64,000 bases of DNA from an uncultured virus (IMG/VR IMGVR_UViG_3300034072_001506) (lineage: Duplodnaviria > Heunggongvirae > Uroviricota > Caudoviricetes): the IMG/VR virus record IMGVR_UViG_3300034072_001506; one strand, written 5' to 3'. The notes beneath the pieces were generated by a model, which was not told the DNA's origin, searched no databases, and worked only from the letters and a program-made list of their open reading frames with translations. How positions within the stretch are numbered: the first letter of the stretch is position 1; each line of letters begins with the position of its first letter. Position numbers and translations under genes: made by a program. Of the stretch, positions 58,582 to 64,000 are shown piece after piece.

Positions 58582-59090
58582 TCAGCTTCTCCCAAGATCA
58601 CCTCGATGTCAGCAAGCCTGTTCTTCAGAGACTCATAGTCAACCCGTGAAGGACGCCACTGGGGATCAGAGAGCTTGCGACGCGCCAAATACGCACCGTC
58701 AGCGGCCTTGATCGAAGCTTCGGCCGTCTTGTGCTTGGTGATCAGCTTGACAATCAGATCACGCAACTGCGCGATGGTGCGAAGCTTGATGCCTTTGCCT
58801 AGCCATGCCCTGGCCTTGGTCTCGGCAGCTTCCCACTGGGCGTTTTCCTCATCCAGCTTTTCATCAAAAGGAAGCTGGGTGGGAAAACCGTCAACGCTCT
58901 TGCTGACATAAAAAGGATCAGAATGATGCCTGGTCGCGATTACCTTGACCGCACCACGCGAGACATGATCAAGCCGGCGAGCGGTTTCCCGATCCGCCGA
59001 CCTCACATACTGATTGAGCTGTCCAAGCCAAAGAATATCACCCTGGTTGAACGCATCATGCGAGATGCTGATGATGGTATGGTAACCCAT
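58578..59090 (-). CDS. Hypothetical protein
   Basis: AGGAGA RBS. Confidence 0.6.
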   Translation of the reverse strand: MGYHTIISISHDAFNQGDILWLGQLNQYVRSADRETARRLDHVSRGAVKVIATRHHSDPFYVSKSVDGFPTQLPFDEKLDEENAQWEAAETKARAWLGKGIKLRTIAQLRDLIVKLITKHKTAEASIKAADGAYLARRKLSDPQWRPSRVDYESLKNRLADIEVILGEAE

Positions 59091-59101
59091 ATTAAATCTC
59101 C

Positions 59102-59251
59102 TTAGAGAAAATCCATGAAGCTGTCGACGAGATCAGCCTCCAGGACGAACATCAGGGTGTCGCTGTCAATGTCGAACTTGGCGCACGTTTTGGCTTCCGC
59201 ATCGTCATCATCGGTCAGCGAAAGATAATACTTGACGATTTCTTCTTCCAT
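59102..59251 (-). CDS. Very small acidic protein (not in ORF track)
   Basis: MEEEIVKYYLSLTDDDDAEAKTCAKFDIDSDTLMFVLEADLVDSFMDFL; TAATG-coupled. Confidence 0.55.
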   Translation of the reverse strand: MEEEIVKYYLSLTDDDDAEAKTCAKFDIDSDTLMFVLEADLVDSFMDFL

Positions 59252-59487
59252 TAGAGATCCTCCAGGTCCGAGGGTTTGAGAACAACTTCCAGGGTCTGAT
59301 AACCCTCTATGTTGTCGGTGAATTCGACGATGAGATTTTCCTTGTTCTCATCCATGTAAATTGAGCAAGGGTGGCGACCCCAGCCGATCCGATCCTTGAG
59401 TTCCAAAGACGCCCAGGCTTTATCACCGGCCGCTTTCTTGAGCGCTCGGTGTTGCTCAATGGTCGAGATTACGTCGGACAGTTTCAT
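59251..59487 (-). CDS. Hypothetical protein
   Basis: AGGAGG RBS. Confidence 0.55.
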   Translation of the reverse strand: MKLSDVISTIEQHRALKKAAGDKAWASLELKDRIGWGRHPCSIYMDENKENLIVEFTDNIEGYQTLEVVLKPSDLEDL

Positions 59488-59496
59488 GACGCCTCC

Positions 59497-59814
59497 TTAC
59501 GAGAACTTGGCAGTGATGTAGATGTCGACGGGACGATGCTGATCGTCCCGCAGCGTTTCGTCCACGATGAAACCGGGCGAACAACCGCACGAGCAGCCGG
59601 CAGTCTGCGACCACTTGATGCGGCCCTCCAGCTCAGGATACTGGTTGAGCAGAATCGAGCGATAGAGGTCACGAGGACGATTGCGACGCTTGAGAATGTT
59701 GGAGAGAATGCTCTCACCCTGTGTGAACACATAAGCGCGCGAACGCTTGTTCCATTCCCGATTGTTCGAACCGGCGTGGCGTGCTTGCTTCTTTGCTTTA
59801 ACAATCTCGAACAT
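59497..59814 (-). CDS. Hypothetical early protein with WSQTAGCSCGCSPGF motif
   Basis: Behind promoter cassette. Confidence 0.6.
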   Translation of the reverse strand: MFEIVKAKKQARHAGSNNREWNKRSRAYVFTQGESILSNILKRRNRPRDLYRSILLNQYPELEGRIKWSQTAGCSCGCSPGFIVDETLRDDQHRPVDIYITAKFS

Positions 59815-59830
59815 TCCGATCTCCTCTGTC

Positions 59831-59875
59831 TGCCTATAACCCAGTTCTAACAGAAACTGGTGAGGTGTCAACCAG
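59831..59875 (-). promoter_or_regulatory. Early promoter cassette with hairpin
   Basis: CTGGTTGAC-N15-GTTAGAAC; CCAGTT..AACTGG; TAGGCAG. Confidence 0.7.
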
Positions 59876-59884
59876 TTTTTGGAA

Positions 59885-60385
59885 TCAATCGCTCCATTCC
59901 ATCCGACGCCGGTGCGACCGTTCGAGGTCGAAATCATTGTTGCGGTTTGCGAACGTAGCGAGATCCAGCTGGTGGATGCGACCACCAAACTGGGGCTTGA
60001 TCCGGACCGTCTTGGCCGTGATCCGCTCAATAGTGCCCAGGTAGTCGAAGTTAAAGGAATCGTAGATCGCGGTGTCGCCTTCGGCGAAACGGATATCAAC
60101 GTCCTTGTAATCGCCATAACGGCCGGTCAGGTGAATAGTGGTCTTGCCCTCATCATTCTTACCAAGGCGGTAGAACATACCAGTGGGCTGACCACCATAA
60201 GTGTGACCGTGCCGAACATGCTTCTTGCTCACGATGGGCAGAGGGGCTTCATAGCCCACATAATCCTTGATCAGCGCGAGCGCGTTGTCGAACTGGTTGG
60301 AGTCAGGATACAGGCGGATGCCACCGTCCATATTGAACTCAAACTTCTCGAGAACCTGGATTGCCTGTTCGATCGTGAGAATCAT
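59885..60385 (-). CDS. Hypothetical early protein
   Basis: Behind promoter cassette. Confidence 0.6.
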   Translation of the reverse strand: MILTIEQAIQVLEKFEFNMDGGIRLYPDSNQFDNALALIKDYVGYEAPLPIVSKKHVRHGHTYGGQPTGMFYRLGKNDEGKTTIHLTGRYGDYKDVDIRFAEGDTAIYDSFNFDYLGTIERITAKTVRIKPQFGGRIHQLDLATFANRNNDFDLERSHRRRMEWSD

Positions 60386-60400
60386 AATATCTCCTGTTTC

Positions 60401-60445
60401 TGCCTATACACCAGTTCTAGCAGAAACAGGAGAAATGTCAACCAG
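60401..60445 (-). promoter_or_regulatory. Early promoter cassette
   Basis: CTGGTTGAC-N15-GCTAGAAC; TAGGCAG. Confidence 0.7.
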
Positions 60446-60618
60446 ATTTGTGTCGCCAGGCCATTTCTCGACCGTAGGCGTTCCCAGCAATGGCTGATGC
60501 CACAATCATCCCAAACCCGGCAGAAAGCCATCCAAAGTAAACGAGCAGAATTACGAATCCAACCTCGACCAGAGATAGCTTGTAACTGAAAATAACCTGG
60601 TCGAGTGTCATAATTTCC

Positions 60619-60924
60619 TCACTGAATCTCGTTTTCATACTTCTTTAGCATTTCAGTGAAACGGTCAACCGCTTTTTGATCTCCGCGGGTCTGTGCCGAG
60701 GAAATGGTGCCTTTGATCTTTTGGATCATAGCAATCATACTGAAAACAGTAATGACATCGCCGTGGGATTTGACGTTGAATTTGCCTTTGCCATACGTTT
60801 TGTCAAAGGTTTGCTGGACCATGTCAACGGACAGGGCTCCGGCCCCGCCCGTTATCGTGTGGTTTGTGTGATCGGACTTGCCGATGCCCAGGAGCCAATT
60901 GTCTTCACGCTTCCAGATGCCCAT
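60619..60924 (-). CDS. Hypothetical protein
   Basis: AGGAGA RBS. Confidence 0.55.
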   Translation of the reverse strand: MGIWKREDNWLLGIGKSDHTNHTITGGAGALSVDMVQQTFDKTYGKGKFNVKSHGDVITVFSMIAMIQKIKGTISSAQTRGDQKAVDRFTEMLKKYENEIQ

Positions 60925-60935
60925 GAGAGGTCTCC

Positions 60936-61376
60936 TTACCGGCGTCGACCATTGCCGAGAAAGGTCTTCAGTTCGTTCATGAACACGGTCGGCGCCGTCT
61001 TGGGATCATTCTCGAGAGCTTCCTTGACCTTGCGACCAAACTGGTCGGCTTCGGCCTGGATACCATCCAGATACATCTTGCGTTCGAAGTCCTTGTCTTC
61101 CTGGCTCATCGCTTCAGCGGGAATGGGCTTGCCGCCGACCGTGACGTAGCGGGTGCGCTTGCCGTGATGGATGATCTTGAGGAAACCAAAATGGGCAGCG
61201 GCTTCGACTCGGCGCACGGCGTTGGGATTTCCAGTGCCGCTCGTGCCCCAGATTGCCGTGGTAGCTTCGGTCATGGTGATCTGGGTCTTGCCCCGGATGG
61301 CCATATAGTTTTCGACATGGGCAGCAATCTCTGCTGCCTTCTGTGCCACCGACGACATTTCGTTCCAGTTTGCCAT
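60936..61376 (-). CDS. Hypothetical early protein, possible winged-helix
   Basis: ITMTEATTAIWG...AVRRVE..A.FGFLKIIH.GKRTRYV. Confidence 0.55.
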   Translation of the reverse strand: MANWNEMSSVAQKAAEIAAHVENYMAIRGKTQITMTEATTAIWGTSGTGNPNAVRRVEAAAHFGFLKIIHHGKRTRYVTVGGKPIPAEAMSQEDKDFERKMYLDGIQAEADQFGRKVKEALENDPKTAPTVFMNELKTFLGNGRRR

Positions 61377-61395
61377 GATTCGATCTCCTTGTGTG

Positions 61396-61440
61396 TGCCT
61401 ATGTCCTGGTTCTACATTCTGGTGAGGAGATGTCAACCAG
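61396..61440 (-). promoter_or_regulatory. Early promoter cassette
   Basis: CTGGTTGACA...GTAGAAC; TAGGCA; AGGAGATCG. Confidence 0.65.
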
Positions 61441-62103
61441 ATTTTTCCAGAAATTAGCAGGCCCTGCGACGGGCCACACGGACCAACCTGTTGCGTTTGC
61501 GGTCCTTGGTCTTGCAGCCCTCGTTGACTTTTCGAGACCCCTCACAGGGCGCTTCTTGAAGCCTCAGATATCCGAGACTGTCTATGCTTTCTCGCGAAAG
61601 CTGGCGGTCTCCGTTGAACTCGATCCAAAGCATTTAAAATCTCCTGTCTTTAGCGGATGAAATCAGCCGCATCGTAGAGACCTAGGCGGTTTGCGATTGC
61701 GCACAGGTCCGCCAACTGCTCGTCGAGAGCCCGCTGGGTCTGACGGAACTTGGGAATGAGCTTCATGTCCTCAGAAATGTCGAAAGCTCGCTGGTGCTGC
61801 TGACCAAACAAATGACGGGCAACCGCCGCGTCCTTGGCAATGGCCTGAGCTTCCTCTGGGCTTCCTGCTGAATAGCTGGTGGGGGCTTTCTGTATGATTG
61901 AATTCCTTACCAGCTTCGGGAGATGTTGATCTTGATGGTGAGCGGGCGAGCCGTTTCATCAGGATCACTCATTATGTTGATGATTTCCTGCTCCAGAAGC
62001 TGAATAGTAGGACCACTCGCCACCACTTCTCCTGCTTCATCGATCGCCTGATATTCAAGTTCAACAATCATAGCCTTCATGGTGTTTCTCCTCATGTTGA
62101 TAT

Positions 62104-62562
62104 TCAGGTGATAGCACGATTCACCAGTTTGTCAACTAGATCCTGGAGGCTGATTTGTTCCTGAAGTTCAGCGTAATCGGAATGGAAAACAACCTGCGCG
62201 TTACCTTTGCGAACCTTGTGATGCGGCACTTTATAGACCGACATGAACATCACTTCTTTGAAGCGTTCCGCTTTGGCCTGCATTTTAATCAAGCCCTCAA
62301 CAGGGAACCAAGCCTCCAATTGCTCAATGCTTTCAAAAGCACAGAACCATTTCTTACGCTCACCAATTTGCCAACGATAACGCTCGTATCCAGGGAGGTG
62401 ACGTCCTGCCCAAAACTTTTGGAGATTGCCATCATATTCCGGGCTGGGGTGCCAGTTATCACCAGAATTGTCACCAATCAATGTTTGGCGGGCGCAATCT
62501 GTCCCAAAGCCGAGGGTATAACAACCCTCGGCCATATCGTTTTCAAGGCGATAAACGAGCAT
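62104..62562 (-). CDS. Hypothetical phage protein
   Basis: MLVYRLE...HPSPEYD...CAFESIEQLEAWF; TAATG-coupled. Confidence 0.6.
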   Translation of the reverse strand: MLVYRLENDMAEGCYTLGFGTDCARQTLIGDNSGDNWHPSPEYDGNLQKFWAGRHLPGYERYRWQIGERKKWFCAFESIEQLEAWFPVEGLIKMQAKAERFKEVMFMSVYKVPHHKVRKGNAQVVFHSDYAELQEQISLQDLVDKLVNRAIT

Positions 62563-62846
62563 TAAAGCTTGTGAACCAGCTTGGTGAGAGCAATAGCTTC
62601 GTCCAGCGTCTTCACCGAACCCACTTCCCAACCCTCGATGTTTCCAGAGGTGAGAACCAGCGCGTCCCGGTCCGTAAAGTCGATCCGGACAATCGGGGCA
62701 GTCCATTCATAAATCGAAACATGGCGCGCCGTCCCGGCCTTTTCAAAATAGGACCGGATCATAAACCTGAGAGCAGCCGGAACAGTCTTGAATTCCCGAT
62801 CGGACGAATTCCCATACGGGCTGTTGGGTTCTGCGAGAATCTGCAT
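62562..62846 (-). CDS. Hypothetical early protein
   Basis: Behind promoter cassette. Confidence 0.55.
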   Translation of the reverse strand: MQILAEPNSPYGNSSDREFKTVPAALRFMIRSYFEKAGTARHVSIYEWTAPIVRIDFTDRDALVLTSGNIEGWEVGSVKTLDEAIALTKLVHKL

Positions 62847-62864
62847 GTTCGATCTCCTTTTTGC

Positions 62865-62909
62865 TGCCTACTCACCAGTTCTAACAGAAACTGGTGAGCA
62901 GTCAACCAG
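62865..62909 (-). promoter_or_regulatory. Early promoter cassette with 10-bp hairpin
   Basis: CTCACCAGTT-N8-AACTGGTGAG; TAGGCAG. Confidence 0.75.
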
Positions 62910-62913
62910 AAAA

Positions 62914-63252
62914 TCAATTAACAGAGTTAGCCGTCACCTGTTCGCTACCCAGTTCATTTTCCATAAAACGGATAATATGCCGGGTGGCAGTTTCGAACTG
63001 TGATTGGGTCGCATAGGGGCCCAGCATGACCCGAATATCAAAGCGGTCATTGCGCATATGGTTGCGCTCTACGGTGCTTCCTTGGACTTTGTCACCAAAT
63101 CGAGACCGCGCAAGGTCCTCAATCACCTGCCTGGTCTTTTCCTCAAAGCCCTCGGGAATGTTGCCAACCGTCAGCACGACTTCTTCAGGGCTACCGGACA
63201 GGAAGAATACCGGATCATTGGCATTCTTCAATTCAACGTAACTGCGATTCAT
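62914..63252 (-). CDS. Hypothetical protein
   Basis: GGAGGA RBS. Confidence 0.55.
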   Translation of the reverse strand: MNRSYVELKNANDPVFFLSGSPEEVVLTVGNIPEGFEEKTRQVIEDLARSRFGDKVQGSTVERNHMRNDRFDIRVMLGPYATQSQFETATRHIIRFMENELGSEQVTANSVN

Positions 63253-63271
63253 TTTATTCCTCCGGTTTTAA

Positions 63272-63667
63272 TCAAGCAACCTGAAGGCGACCTGAGATGT
63301 CAATCCCGCGGCGGTGCTCTCCACTGAGCAAACCCTGCTCAACTGCCGCGTCCAGGATAATCTGATCCATGATGGGCTCAACAACCTTATGGACTGCGGT
63401 CCAGTTGATACGCCGCTCGCGTCGGCCACCGACATCAAACGAGCCAACACTGATGTTGAAGATCCGACGAATCAGAGGTCCGCGATTTCCACCACCGTTG
63501 TTGAAAATGTCGTAGTAGGCGTTGGAGGCCTGACGGAACTTCTCGAGCCGGCGATTGCGACCACGGGGCGATTCAACCGCGCCTTGTTCCGGGATCATGG
63601 CGTTGAGGCTTTCAACGAACTCCTGATGCGTGCCGTTGTGACCCCAGTAGGAATTGATTTTTTCCAT
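63272..63667 (-). CDS. Hypothetical early protein
   Basis: Behind promoter cassette 63692-63729. Confidence 0.6.
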   Translation of the reverse strand: MEKINSYWGHNGTHQEFVESLNAMIPEQGAVESPRGRNRRLEKFRQASNAYYDIFNNGGGNRGPLIRRIFNISVGSFDVGGRRERRINWTAVHKVVEPIMDQIILDAAVEQGLLSGEHRRGIDISGRLQVA

Positions 63668-63732
63668 TGCCGATCTCCTTGCTACTTTCTATCCACGGTT
63701 TTAGCAGAACTGGTGGAAGAGTCAACCAGTTT

Positions 63733-63903
63733 TTAGTAGCTTTCCCGACGGGCATCACGAGCCCCTGCCAGATAGGCTTCCTCAAGAGCTTCTTTGATCT
63801 GCCAGACCGACAGTTCATGGAAGTCAAGCGAGTCGCTGTTGCGCGCTTCCAGGGTATCGAGTTCCAGGTGCTTCTGTGCGATCTCTGCCAAAATTTCGTC
63901 CAT
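63733..63903 (-). CDS. Small protein of a widespread phage family (recalled as DUF6900-like)
   Basis: IAQKHL.LDTLE.RNSDSLDFHELSVW.IKEALEEAY.AG. Confidence 0.65.
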   Translation of the reverse strand: MDEILAEIAQKHLELDTLEARNSDSLDFHELSVWQIKEALEEAYLAGARDARRESY

Positions 63904-63925
63904 GTGCCGATCTCCTGCTGGGTTT

Positions 63926-63970
63926 TGCCTATAGACCAATCATAACAGAACAGGTGAAGATGTCAACCAG
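63926..63970 (-). promoter_or_regulatory. Early promoter cassette
   Basis: CTGGTTGAC-N15-GTTATGAT; TAGGCA. Confidence 0.7.
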
Positions 63971-64000
63971 TTTTGGCACCCAAAATTTTGGTTCCTATTC

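Noticed and set aside
41229..63970. CRISPR array or integron attC sites from the recurring GTCAACCAG repeat
   Set aside because: Spacing is irregular with whole genes in between, the repeat is a -35/-10 promoter, and no cas or integrase gene is seen
1..64000. tRNA/rRNA genes and alternative genetic code
   Set aside because: No cloverleaf found by eye; long genes are intact under the standard code and all three stops are used at coupled gene ends

Overview
This 64 kb window reads as part of a large lytic dsDNA phage genome (jumbo myovirus-like). The host is probably an Alphaproteobacterium, inferred from promoters of the form TTGAC-N15-G(C/T)TANAAC and an alphaproteobacterial-looking GluRS. 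Layout: (i) late virion/tail-fibre genes at 1-8.1 kb and 23.4-33.7 kb, several preceded by a CTAAATA motif; (ii) a ~390 nt highly structured intergenic RNA at 8.27-8.67 kb; (iii) two converging arrays (10.6-22.5 kb) plus satellites, totalling ~43 small paralogous ORFs with variable bodies and a conserved C-terminal F-x-D-x3-A-x-LFKL-x-W-G motif, interrupted by an M15 endolysin; (iv) a probable replication origin at 22.5-23.1 kb; (v) a minus-strand early/accessory region (33.8-64 kb) of short units driven by ~21 copies of a promoter cassette, many with a hairpin. That region also carries GluRS, HD-like, MazG-like, thioesterase, M23 peptidase and free-standing endonuclease genes. The most novel-looking signals are an Ig-domain fibre operon (30.06-33.73 kb) whose Ig folds are split between separate genes, suggesting donor-strand complementation and a branched fibre, and the LFKL-WG paralogue array. 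All assignments come from reading motifs by eye; no database searches were run.
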